Shown here: piece by piece, positions 38,631 to 50,600 of the stretch
Layout of the letters: every line of letters begins with the position of its first letter
Position numbering within the stretch: the first letter of the stretch is position 1
Assembly (NCBI RefSeq): GCF_000002075.1
Contig: NW_004797589.1
Location: 82,620 to 146,619 of the forward strand
Origin: Aplysia californica
Lineage: Eukaryota
Reading direction: 5' to 3'
Length of the DNA: 64,000 nt
Translations under genes and position numbers: made by a program
The notes under the pieces: model-generated
The model's input: only the letters and a program-made list of their open reading frames with translations
Databases searched by the model: none
What the model was told of the DNA's origin: nothing

Positions 38631-38729
38631 GATAATACAGAGCCCTTCTCCACAAGATTTCTGTTGTCAGATAATGTGTATGCAAAAGCTGTTGTGCCAC
38701 CCACTGAAAAAGTTTGTCTCTGGTTAGGG
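38631..38729 (+). CDS. VBP1: Prefoldin subunit 3 exon 4: DNTEPFSTRFLLSDNVYAKAVVPPTEKVCLWLG
   Basis: 99 nt, AG/GT borders; VCLWLG motif. Confidence 0.95.
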
Positions 38730-39738
38730 GTAAGTGCGCTCGCTATAATTGCTGGAGTGTTTGTCAAGATAGAACAGTAACAAGAGCTATGGTTTGCCTT
38801 GCAGAATGTGTGAAAAAGTGGATAGTGTGCCGTTCATGTGATCTTGACAAACTCTAAAGATATTTTTGTATTTTTTCAAGAAAAAAAAATCACGTGGTAT
38901 TTTGGAATGTTTAGTTGTCCTTTCTGGGTAGTTTGTCTGACCGTGACACAATAGCTACAGTTTAGAGTTGGACAGTAATCATTTTGCACTGTCTGATAGA
39001 CTTAGGCCTTTTCGTTTTGTATTCCTGGAATTCTGTTTCCAGTATAACACGGATAGCTCAAATTCATCAGGACCGGCCTCGGAAGTTCGAGAGATCTATA
39101 GTTCGAGAGATATTTTACAAAGATAAAGAAGAAGAAGAAAAGAAAAAAAAATGGGACTGCGGGCACAGTTCGACGGATACATGATTTGGAGTCTCCTGTG
39201 TTTGACCTATCCATTTTATACTGTATGGTCTTGTTTCTTCTTGTTACAGATTGAATAAATGTAATACTATACCAATTACTACAGGAGAATTTGCAAGGTT
39301 TCTCTGGAAAAAAGTGAAACATATAACTCATGGAGAAGAGAGAAATGATTTAGGAATTGAATGGGTAGATATGATCTCCTAAAATCATTTGCTCACTCTG
39401 GAATCTCCATTTGTATATTATGGGACAGGACTTAATAAAATTGGAATGAAGGCTGTCAAAAGAATGAAATAAGAACTTTTCTCAATTCTAAATCAGTTTG
39501 TTTAGAGGCGTAAGCACTGTTTGGGAGTGGGGCTGCATCAGCATTTAGCTGTCAATAAGTATGTTATGTTTCAAAATGTTCTTTCATTTCGCTGTTATCA
39601 ACACTGAAATAAATTATAAGGGCAACATTTGAAGCATTTTTTGTTTTTACGTATATATATATTTTCATGCACTTTTCTTGTCCTTGTCTAAGGATTGTAC
39701 TTTTTTGTTTTTATATTTTTGTCTTTTTTTTTTTGCAG

Positions 39739-39877
39739 GCAAATGTAATGCTGGAGTATGAAATTGAAGAAGCAGATGAAGTATTGGCAAAAAATTTGGA
39801 TGCTGCCAAAAAATCTCTCAGTCAAGTGGAAGATGACCTTTTATTTATTCGTGATCAAATGACGACGCTGGAAGTCA
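39739..39877 (+). CDS. VBP1: Prefoldin subunit 3 exon 5: ANVMLEY...FIRDQMTTLEV
   Basis: 139 nt; ANVMLEY and RDQ.TT.EV motifs; followed by U12 donor GTATCCTTT. Confidence 0.95.
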
Positions 39878-39886
39878 GTATCCTTT
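39878..39886 (+). promoter_or_regulatory. U12-type 5' splice site GTATCCTTT
   Basis: Exact minor-spliceosome consensus RTATCCTTT. Confidence 0.9.
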
Positions 39887-39991
39887 GCCGAAGTTGAAGC
39901 AACAATGCCTTAAAATGGGGGGAGGGGGGTGGTGGTAAACTGTTCATGTATCTAGTAAATACTTATTTATGCGATTACTAATAATTTATTT

Positions 39992-41185
39992 TAGACCTGC
40001 ATGTTTGCCGACAATCGTCTGAAATCCGACAATCGCGACCCGACCCGCGAACCGGCCGATGCTATCGATAGGCCCGCCTAGTATCAGTCAATGTGCGTAG
40101 TGCGAGGCCTGGCCGACTGCCAGCGACCCCTTTTTCTCCCGCCGGCTTCGTCGGCACTTTCGTTTTCGTGCCGACCGTCGACGCGCGCACCGCCGACTGC
40201 CGACGTCGGCGTTTCCGACATAATTGTCGGAACCTAAGTAGAAATGCGAATACGAAAAAGGACGACAACTTAAATTATCTACTTTCAGTTTCGTGCTCGA
40301 GCGGCCATTTTCAATTTCGTTTGTTGACTAATTCAATTGTTCAGATCGTGTGGGTTCATTCACGTCCGACTCTCTTGTTCTAATAGAATCTAGATCTAGA
40401 TTTATATAGAGATCATTATAGACCTCAATGGAGGATTCATAATCCAATTCTATTGTGTCAAACCCTATCATAGGTTGTGCTGTAATATTAATATTGGTAA
40501 AAATAAGCATTTCATCAGGTGCGTGAATTATTTATTATTATTATTATATTTAGATCTATAGTCTAGATTCTAGATCTAGATCTAGTTAGATATCTAGATA
40601 TAGATCTAGATCTAGAATCTAGACTCAGCTGAGTCCCTCTGTTCGGAATCGGATGCGGATTTCTAGTTCAAAGCCTAGAATCTATTCCTATTCACTTGTT
40701 CTTCAGGATCTAGATCTAGATTTTTCTATATCTAGATCTAGATCTAGATTTATTTTTTAGATTACTAGTCTAGTAGATCTAGATATCTAGATCTAGATCT
40801 ATAGTCTATATGGAGGATTCATATTCCAATTCTATTGTGTTATTGTATCAAACCCTATAGCAATGTAGATGTAAGCCATATTGATAAAAATTTAGATCTA
40901 GATCTAGATCTAGAATCTATATGCTCCTTGTTTGTTTTGGAGTGTGGTTTTTTAATTAAATTTTTTTTTTCATTTAGTACTTGTTTTGGCCTTTTTACAT
41001 GCGAATCCCTTTAAGATGAGGCCCGATGCAGGTTCTTTTTGGGGTAGGGTTAGGGTTAGGTCTCTTCTTTATTGTGTTTGTTGGGGTGGTCGCTCGTTAC
41101 TCGGATGTCCTTCCTTATGACACCCACTAAGGCTTTTTTTTGGGGGGGGGGGGGGGGGGGGGTTGCGCAAAATTTTCAGACAATC
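39992..41185 (+). mobile_element. Composite ~1.2-kb repeat, copy A (right end missing)
   Basis: Starts TAGACCTGCATG; GCCGAC-rich left arm, TCTAGA arrays, TTAGGG stub; homologous to 41810-42978. Confidence 0.7.
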
Positions 41186-41809
41186 TGGTTCGGTGTGGCT
41201 TGCTCCTTCTTACCTATCAAACATCTATCATCCTTATCTCTCCTTCTTCTTTTCTTTTTATGCTACTTTCTAGTAAAACCTTTAATTAAAAAAAAAACAC
41301 CCTAGTCTTCGGCAGTTGTATGACCTATTTCTGTTGCAAGTGATGAAAACTGTTACCGAAATTTAAAAACCCTGCCGCTTCCTGTTCAGGATTTAAGGCT
41401 GTTAAACGCATGCTACTCCCAGTAATTATGGCAGTAGTTTTTTTTTTCTGACGGAGGCTAAATGTGTCGTGCATGGCGTACAAACACCGCTATTATAGTT
41501 GGCTCGGCGATGGTGTGACCGGGTCATGGCGGGCCGGTCACCCAGAGGTCACTAACCCGACCTCCCGCTACCTGCACCGGTAGCCGGTGAAATGAATTTT
41601 TCAACACATGTTTTATCGTCTTACACAAACAAAAAATATCATACATGAAAACAAGTTTGTTCTGTAGAGAAAGCAACTTAACTACTTTATTGGTACGAAA
41701 TAGCAATGCCATGGCTGCTCACGTTATGGAGTTATATGCTCTTAAAATGTATGTCTATTTATAGTTAGTCAAAACAACAAACACATATTGAGTGGCTAAT
41801 AACTTATAA

Positions 41810-42978
41810 TATACCTGCATGTTTGCCGACAATCGTCTGAAATCCGATAATCGCGACCCGACCCGCGAGGCGGCCGATGCTATCGCTAGGCCCACCTGTA
41901 TCAGTCAATGTGCGAAGTGCGAGGCCTGGCCGACTGCCAGCGTCCCCCTTTTCTCCCGTCGGCTTTGTCGGCACTTTCGTGTTCGTGCCGACCACCGACT
42001 GCCGACGTCGGCGTTTCCGACATAATTGTCGGAACCTGAGTAGAAATGCGAATACGAAAAAGGACGACGACCTAAATTATCTACTTTGTTTCGTGCTCGA
42101 CCGGCCATTTTGAATTTCGTTTTGTTGACAAATTCAATTGTTCAGATCGTGTGGATTAATTCCAGTCCAACTCACTTAGATTTAGATTCTAGATAAATAG
42201 AATCTAGATCTAGATCTAGATCTAGACATCTAGATCTAGATCTAGATCTAGACATCTAGATCTAGATCTAGACATCTAGATCTAGATCTAGACATCTAGA
42301 TCTAGATTTATATAGAGATCATTATAGACCTCAATGGAGGATTCATATTCCAATTCTATTTTGTCCAACCCTATCATAGGCTGTGCTGTAATATTAATGT
42401 TGGTAAAAGGCATTTCATCAGGTGCGTGAATTATTTATTTATTTAGAATCTAGACTCAGCTGAGCCCCTCTGTTCGGAATCGGATGCGGATTTCTAGTTC
42501 AAGGCCAAGGCCTATTCCTAGATCCTATTCACTTGTTCTACTAGATCTAGATCTAGATTTATTTAGTTTACTAGCTCTAGATCTATATATGGAGGATTCA
42601 TATTCCAATTCTATTGTGTTACTTATTGTATCAAACCCTATTATTATAGATCTAGCAATATATATGTAGATCTAGATGTAGGCCATTATATTATGCTCCT
42701 TGTAAGCCTTGTTTGTTTTGGAGTGTGGTTTTTTAATTTTTAATTTTTTTTTGTTTTGACTTTTGCTGGCCTTTTCACATTAGGCTCGTTGCAGGTTCTT
42801 TTTTGGGGTAGACGTAGGGGTAGGGTTAGGTCTCTTCTTTGTTGTGTTTTTTGGGGTGGTCACTCGTTACTCGAAAGTCCTTCCTTATGACTTATGACAC
42901 CCACAAAAGCTCCTTGGGGGGGGGGGGGGGTTGCGCAAAATTTTCAGACAATCTGGTTGAGGCTCACATGCAGGTCTA
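41810..42978 (+). mobile_element. Composite ~1.17-kb TIR element, copy B
   Basis: TATACCTGCATG ... CATGCAGGTCTA, flanked by TTATAA on both sides. Confidence 0.7.
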
Positions 42979-43284
42979 TTATAAATATTCACAAAACTGC
43001 CACATAAGACTGGAAAATGTGTTTAGAAATTGACTCCCTCAAAATTTTGTTTCCAGCACGAACATAGAACTTGTCATGAGCATGATAGCAAAAACGCTTC
43101 CCTGCATTCTTGACTTTTTGTATCCAATGGAATGTGTATCCTCCTGAATAATGATATACTGACGTTTCTTCAATATACAGCACCGATTTCTTTTCACAAA
43201 ATGAACATGTACAGAATAAAAGTATAAATTTATACAATTTTTTTTCTAAACATATCCAGAGGGCTCTTGTGGCCTAGAGGTTAA

Positions 43285-44321
43285 CTCATTCGCTGAGCCG
43301 AGCCGTGGGGGCGGCGCGGCTCAAGTGCCGTCAGTACGCTAAGCCGCCCCCGGCGGCTCGAGAACCGACGTTCAATTTTAGCTTGGTTTCTATTCCAATC
43401 CACATATCCATGTTAAAATAAAGGTCATAATATAATGTTGACTTCCGGGTCAAGCGTTTCCACCGAAAATCGGAAGTTTTGATTCAGTTTTGAAACATGA
43501 TTTCGTAGTTTATTCGACTTTGTTTTATCGCGAAGCCCAAATTATAGCCCAGGCACCAGTCTTAGTACTTTAACACAACAAAATGTATCATTATTTTGCT
43601 CACTAAAGAAGTGTTGGACTCTTCTTTATAATATTGATACTATTGGACGCAAATTGCCGGTGCACTCTAATTGAGAAATCAATATTTTTGAGTGCTAGAT
43701 CTAGGCCTAGATCTAAATAGTCAAAATATTTTTTTCTCCCCAAAATCGCTACTTTTGGGTGAAATTAATCAAAAAGTACCACTCAAGACATGTATAGGTT
43801 TATTCCAAATGCAATTCTGAATAATTCCATATAAGTTACGCGTATTTTTTTCTGTTTGTGATCCTTTTTTCAAAATTTTTTTTTTTTTAATTTTTTCCAA
43901 TATCGGATGCTTTGATCCAAATGTACAAATATTATGGAATGTATGTAAATAACTGCACATTTTTCAATATTTTCCTGTTCTATATACAGTTATGGTTATT
44001 TTGAGGTATCATTTGACTAGGTGCAAACATATTTTTTTAGTTTCACCTGAGATTATAAATTTTTTATTTTCCAATTTTATCCGCATCCAATCACAATTGT
44101 GTTGCATAATCGCCTCTTACAGGAACCAAAGTTGAAAAATACGCAAATAGATCATGCAGATGTATTCTACAAACCATACTGAAAATGTGGGTATATAATA
44201 TGTTGATATTTATTTGAATTTATGGCCCCAAAGACCTGTGAACTGCGCACTAGTCATCATCTCATTTCGCCCTCCCGAAAAGAATTCGTCCACAAGCCGA
44301 AAATAATATGTAGCGAATGAG
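43285..44321. mobile_element. piggyBac-like non-autonomous element inserted in a SINE tRNA head (duplicate at 51060-52096)
   Basis: TTAA|CTCATTCGCT ... AGCGAATGAG|TTAA; the SINE resumes in register at 44326. Confidence 0.85.
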
Positions 44322-44825
44322 TTAAGGTATTGGCCTCTCATTCAAAGGTCCCGGGTTCGATTCCGGGTAGCGACCAAAAAATTTTCTTCTCTAAAATTGT
44401 CTCCTTTCACATCCTTTCCTGATCTCTAACAATGTTCTGTTGTCTGCTTTCATTTCCACTTTCTGCCCCCACCCCTTCACCTCCTTTGCCCCCTCCTCTG
44501 GGCTCCTGACTCTTTCTGCAGCCTTTCTACTGCTACTCCTTGGCTCCTCCTAACTGCTGTCTTTCTGCCACACCCCTGATCTTCTGGTAGGAAAGATCTA
44601 CACCTAGCCTTCTCGGACAAGGGCGAAAAATCTTGGAGGGCCCGTGTGCAAGTTGCGGACGTTAAAGATCGCTTGGTGGTCTAAAATCGATTAGAGTAGG
44701 CTTCGGCCGCCACCCGGGCAAAATTCAAAATTTCCTACCAACGAAAAAGTATTAGTGTGTCCCGCGCGCTCATATGACCTTATGCAGTTGCGAGCGCCGT
44801 AAAACCCTATACTAAACAAAACAAA
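44322..44825 (+). mobile_element. Remainder of a full-length Nin/Deu-like tRNA-SINE (head at 43260-43284)
   Basis: B-box GGTTCGATTCC, core, and CAAAA tail. Confidence 0.8.
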
Positions 44826-46435
44826 CCTATCCAGCAGCACGCAATGAGGGAGCTTTGCATAGCTGTCTGTCAAAATGATTTTTTGAGAAATACTGAAAGT
44901 TTCAAAGAGATCTTCGCACTAGAAGTATTCTAAAATGTGAAGAATACAACCCCTGGGGTACAAAATGACTCCAGGCGTACGGATAGGGTTAAGAGATTCT
45001 AGCAATTGTCTTTGTGATTCATGTCACCGAGGTATTTTTTTTTCATCTTACAGTTATTAAATTGTTTGTCGCTAGTAGGAGAGCAGCACTCGTTGGTCCT
45101 ACTTCTTTTCTCTCCATTTTTTTTCTCTACGTATTTCTTGCTTTTTCACTGTACTGAATTACCATTATGGTGTCCATGTCCTTCACTTTACTCCAACTAG
45201 GTTAAGGCTATAATGTTCTCTTTTAAATCAGTTCCTTCTGTCCTGTGTCTGACCCTGGTGCTACTGACTGAAGTTGTCTTTAGGCCATTCCCAAAGGGGG
45301 GATATTAACATGTTCTTATGCACAGTAGAATTGTAAATCTGCTGATTTATCATTGTCATGCTCATACTGTGCCGGAACAGCATAGGGGGAACTGCTGCTT
45401 TTTCTTTCCTCAAACTTATTATCGTCCCCATTTTGCCTCTACTTCTTTTGTATGTTTGTCACTCTCTCTAGTTAACTGCTATTTCCGGGGTGTTGAAGCA
45501 GACTTGTGCTGTTTAGGCTAGAGATGTGAGCAGGTAAGCCCGATTCCCCGTTTGGACTTCTCTGTTGACATCCACCCCTTGGCGCTCATATGACGTTATG
45601 CAGTTGCGGGTGCTGTAAAACCTTGCTAAAACGAACATGTCCTGTGTCTAGCTCTCTATGGTGCTGGTCTGTTGTCTGAGGCTCCAGTATTTTATAACAA
45701 AAGGAAACGAACCTCTGAAACACTATTGCCACCCTTGAATTCAAGCATTATGCTCTCACAAAAACGTAAAAGATCAGAATTATACTTTGAATATGCACAC
45801 TGCTAAATCATCTGGCAAATTTCACCCATAGTTCCAAGGAACAAATTACATAATGTTTTAACAACATAGTTCTACATAGTGTGTTTTCTTTGTTTCTCAT
45901 TACTGGGGATTTTTTTTTGGTTGGNNNNNNNNNNNNNNNNNNNNNNNNNNNNNNNNNNNNNNNNNNNNNNNNNNNNNNNNNNNNNNNNNNNNNNNNNNNN
46001 NNNNNNNNNNNNNNNNNNNNNNNNGGGGGGGTTTCAGGAATAATTGCCTTTGCTGATGAACCTGAATGGGAACAACTTTTGTCTGGGATCCATTTGTCAT
46101 AATGTTTGGTTAAAAATGGGTCTGTTTAAATATTGTGATTTTAAGTGGTGAACGACATCACTTATTATAGCTTACAGCTTTTTTGTCTCATAGAAGCCTA
46201 CTGATTTCTAAAAATTTTACATTTAGAAAGTGATACTCTTTATGTGTTAAAAGTTTACTCATCATTTTGTAATCTACTCCTTGAAGTGTTTTTGATTTGT
46301 TAATTCACGGCCCTGCAAGAGGTAGGGCCCCCTCCCCCCCCCGATGTTTGCTTTGGCTATAGAATTGTTTTGATGTGTTTTACGGGGTCCACTTGTTTTT
46401 CTTACGTTTTCTCTTTGTTTTCATTCTTGTCACAG

Positions 46436-46534
46436 GATAATACAGAGCCCTTCTCCACAAGATTTCTGTTGTCAGATAATGTGTATGCAAAAGCTGTTGT
46501 GCCACCCACTGAAAAAGTTTGTCTCTGGTTAGGG
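46436..46534 (+). CDS. VBP1: Prefoldin subunit 3 exon 4, duplicate copy
   Basis: Same sequence as 38631-38729; probably an assembly duplicate. Confidence 0.6.
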
Positions 46535-47543
46535 GTAAGTGCGCTCGCTATAATTGCTGGAGTGTTTGTCAAGATAGAACAGTAACAAGAGCTATGGTTT
46601 GCCTTGCAGAATGTGTGAAAAAGTGGATAGTGTGCCGTTCATGTGATCTTGACAAACTCTAAAGATATTTTTGTATTTTTTCAAGAAAAAAAAATCACGT
46701 GGTATTTTGGAATGTTTAGTTGTCCTTTCTGGGTAGTTTGTCTGACCGTGACACAATAGCTACAGTTTAGAGTTGGACAGTAATCATTTTGCACTGTCTG
46801 ATAGACTTAGGCCTTTTCGTTTTGTATTCCTGGAATTCTGTTTCCAGTATAACACGGATAGCTCAAATTCATCAGGACCGGCCTCGGAAGTTCGAGAGAT
46901 CTATAGTTCGAGAGATATTTTACAAAGATAAAGAAGAAGAAGAAAAGAAAAAAAAATGGGACTGCGGGCACAGTTCGACGGATACATGATTTGGAGTCTC
47001 CTGTGTTTGACCTATCCATTTTATACTGTATGGTCTTGTTTCTTCTTGTTACAGATTGAATAAATGTAATACTATACCAATTACTACAGGAGAATTTGCA
47101 AGGTTTCTCTGGAAAAAAGTGAAACATATAACTCATGGAGAAGAGAGAAATGATTTAGGAATTGAATGGGTAGATATGATCTCCTAAAATCATTTGCTCA
47201 CTCTGGAATCTCCATTTGTATATTATGGGACAGGACTTAATAAAATTGGAATGAAGGCTGTCAAAAGAATGAAATAAGAACTTTTCTCAATTCTAAATCA
47301 GTTTGTTTAGAGGCGTAAGCACTGTTTGGGAGTGGGGCTGCATCAGCATTTAGCTGTCAATAAGTATGTTATGTTTCAAAATGTTCTTTCATTTCGCTGT
47401 TATCAACACTGAAATAAATTATAAGGGCAACATTTGAAGCATTTTTTGTTTTTACGTATATATATATTTTCATGCACTTTTCTTGTCCTTGTCTAAGGAT
47501 TGTACTTTTTTGTTTTTATATTTTTGTCTTTTTTTTTTTGCAG

Positions 47544-47682
47544 GCAAATGTAATGCTGGAGTATGAAATTGAAGAAGCAGATGAAGTATTGGCAAAAAAT
47601 TTGGATGCTGCCAAAAAATCTCTCAGTCAAGTGGAAGATGACCTTTTATTTATTCGTGATCAAATGACGACGCTGGAAGTCA
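47544..47682 (+). CDS. VBP1: Prefoldin subunit 3 exon 5, duplicate copy
   Basis: Same sequence as 39739-39877, including the U12 donor. Confidence 0.6.
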
Positions 47683-50600
47683 GTATCCTTTGCCGAAGTT
47701 GAAGCAACAATGCCTTAAAATGGGGGGAGGGGGGTGGTGGTAAACTGTTCATGTATCTAGTAAATACTTATTTATGCGATTACTAATAATTTATTTTAGA
47801 CCTGCATGTTTGCCGACAATCGTCTGAAATCCGACAATCGCGACCCGACCCGCGAACCGGCCGATGCTATCGCTAGGCCCGCCTAGTATCAGTCAATGTG
47901 CGTAGTGCGAGGCCTGGCCGACTGCCAGCGACCCCTTTTTCTCCCGTCGGCTTCGTCGGCACTTTCGTTTTCGTGCCGACCGTCGACGCGCGCACCGCCG
48001 ACTGCCGACGTCGGCGTTTCCGACATAATTGTCGGAACCTAAGTAGAAATGCGAATACGAAAAAGGACGACAACTTAAATTATCTACTTTCAGTTTCGTG
48101 CTCGAGCGGCCATTTTCAATTTCGTTTGTTGACTAATTCAATTGTTCAGATCGTGTGGGTTCATTCAAGTCCGACTCTCTTGTTCTAATAGAATCTAGAT
48201 CTAGATTTATATAGAGATCATTATAGACCTCAATGGAGGATTCATAATCCAATTCTATTGTGTCAAACCCTATCATAGGTTGTGCTGTAATATTAATATT
48301 GGTAAAAATAAGCATTTCATCAGGTGCGTGAATTATTTATTATTATTATTATATTTAGATCTATAGTCTAGATTCTAGATCTAGATCTAGTTAGATATCT
48401 AGATATAGATCTAGATCTAGAATCTAGACTCAGCTGAGTCCCTCTGTTCGGAATCGGATGCGGATTTCTAGTTCAAAGCCTAGAATCTATTCCTATTCAC
48501 TTGTTCTTCAGGATCTAGATCTAGATTTTTCTATATCTAGATCTAGATCTAGATTTATTTTTTAGATTACTAGTCTAGTAGATCTAGATATCTAGATCTA
48601 GATCTATAGTCTATATGGAGGATTCATATTCCAATTCTATTGTGTTATTGTATCAAACCCTATAGCAATGTAGATGTAAGCCATATTGATAAAAATTTAG
48701 ATCTAGATCTAGATCTAGAATCTATATGCTCCTTGTTTGTTTTGGAGTGTGGTTTTTTAATTAAATTTTTTTTTTCATTTAGTACTTGTTTTGGCCTTTT
48801 TACATGCGAATCCCTTTAAGATGAGGCCCGATGCAGGTTCTTTTTGGGGTAGGGTTAGGGTTAGGTCTCTTCTTTATTGTGTTTGTTGGGGTGGTCGCTC
48901 GTTACTCGGATGTCCTTCCTTATGACACCCACTAAGGCTTTTTTTTGGGGGGGGGGGGGGGGGGGGGTTGCGCAAAATTTTCAGACAATCTGGTTCGGTG
49001 TGGCTTGCTCCTTCTTACCTATCAAACATCTATCATCCTTATCTCTCCTTCTTCTTTTCTTTTTATGCTACTTTCTAGTAAAACCTTTAATTAAAAAAAA
49101 AACACCCTAGTCTTCGGCAGTTGTATGACCTATTTCTGTTGCAAGTGATGAAAACTGTTACCGAAATTTAAAAACCCTGCCGCTTCCTGTTCAGGATTTA
49201 AGGCTGTTAAACGCATGCTACTCCCAGTAATTATGGCAGTAGTTTTTTTTTTCTGACGGAGGCTAAATGTGTCGTGCATGGCGTACAAACACCGCTATTA
49301 TAGTTGGCTCGGCGATGGTGTGACCGGGTCATGGCGGGCCGGTCACCCAGAGGTCACTAACCCGACCTCCCGCTACCTGCACCGGTAGCCGGTGAAATGA
49401 ATTTTTCAACACATGTTTTATCGTCTTACACAAACAAAAAATATCATACATGAAAACAAGTTTGTTCTGTAGAGAAAGCAACTTAACTACTTTATTGGTA
49501 CGAAATAGCAATGCCATGGCTGCTCACGTTATGGAGTTATATGCTCTTAAAATGTATGTCTATTTATAGTTAGTCAAAACAACAAACACATATTGAGTGG
49601 CTAATAACTTATAATATACCTGCATGTTTGCCGACAATCGTCTGAAATCCGATAATCGCGACCCGACCCGCGAGGCGGCCGATGCTATCGCTAGGCCCAC
49701 CTGTATCAGTCAATGTGCGAAGTGCGAGGCCTGGCCGACTGCCAGCGTCCCCCTTTTCTCCCGTCGGCTTTGTCGGCACTTTCGTGTTCGTGCCGACCAC
49801 CGACTGCCGACGTCGGCGTTTCCGACATAATTGTCGGAACCTGAGTAGAAATGCGAATACGAAAAAGGACGACGACCTAAATTATCTACTTTGTTTCGTG
49901 CTCGACCGGCCATTTTGAATTTCGTTTTGTTGACAAATTCAATTGTTCAGATCGTGTGAATTAATTCCAGTCCAACTCACTTAGATTTAGATTCTAGATA
50001 AATAGAATCTAGATCTAGATCTAGACATCTAGATCTAGATCTAGACATCTAGATCTAGATCTAGACATCTAGATCTAGATTTATATAGAGATCATTATAG
50101 ACCTCAATGGAGGATTCATATTCCAATTCTATTTTGTCCAACCCTATCATAGGCTGTGCTGTAATATTAATGTTGGTAAAAGGCATTTCATCAGGTGCGT
50201 GAATTATTTATTTATTTAGAATCTAGACTCAGCTGAGCCCCCCTGTTCGGAATCGGATGCAGATTTCTAGTTCAAGGCCAAGGCCTATTCCTAGATCCTA
50301 TTCACTTGTTCTACTAGATCTAGATCTAGATTTATTTAGTTTACTAGCTCTAGATCTATATATGGAGGATTCATATTCCAATTCTATTGTGTTACTTACT
50401 GTATCAAACCCTATTATTATAGATCTAGCAATATATATGTAGATCTAGATGTAGGCCATTATATTATGCTCCTTGTAAGCCTTGTTTATTTTGGAGTGTG
50501 GTTTTTTAATTTTTAATTTTTAATTTTTTTTTAACTTTTGCTGGCCTTTTCACATTAGGCTCGTTGCAGGTTCTTTTTTGGGGTAGACGTAGGGTTAGGG

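Noticed and set aside
40062-42113. Arg-rich short ORFs
   Set aside because: They come from the GC-rich arms of the composite repeat and lie in both orientations inside an intron
44322-44375. tRNA gene
   Set aside because: It is the head of a SINE, continues into the SINE body and is interrupted by a transposon
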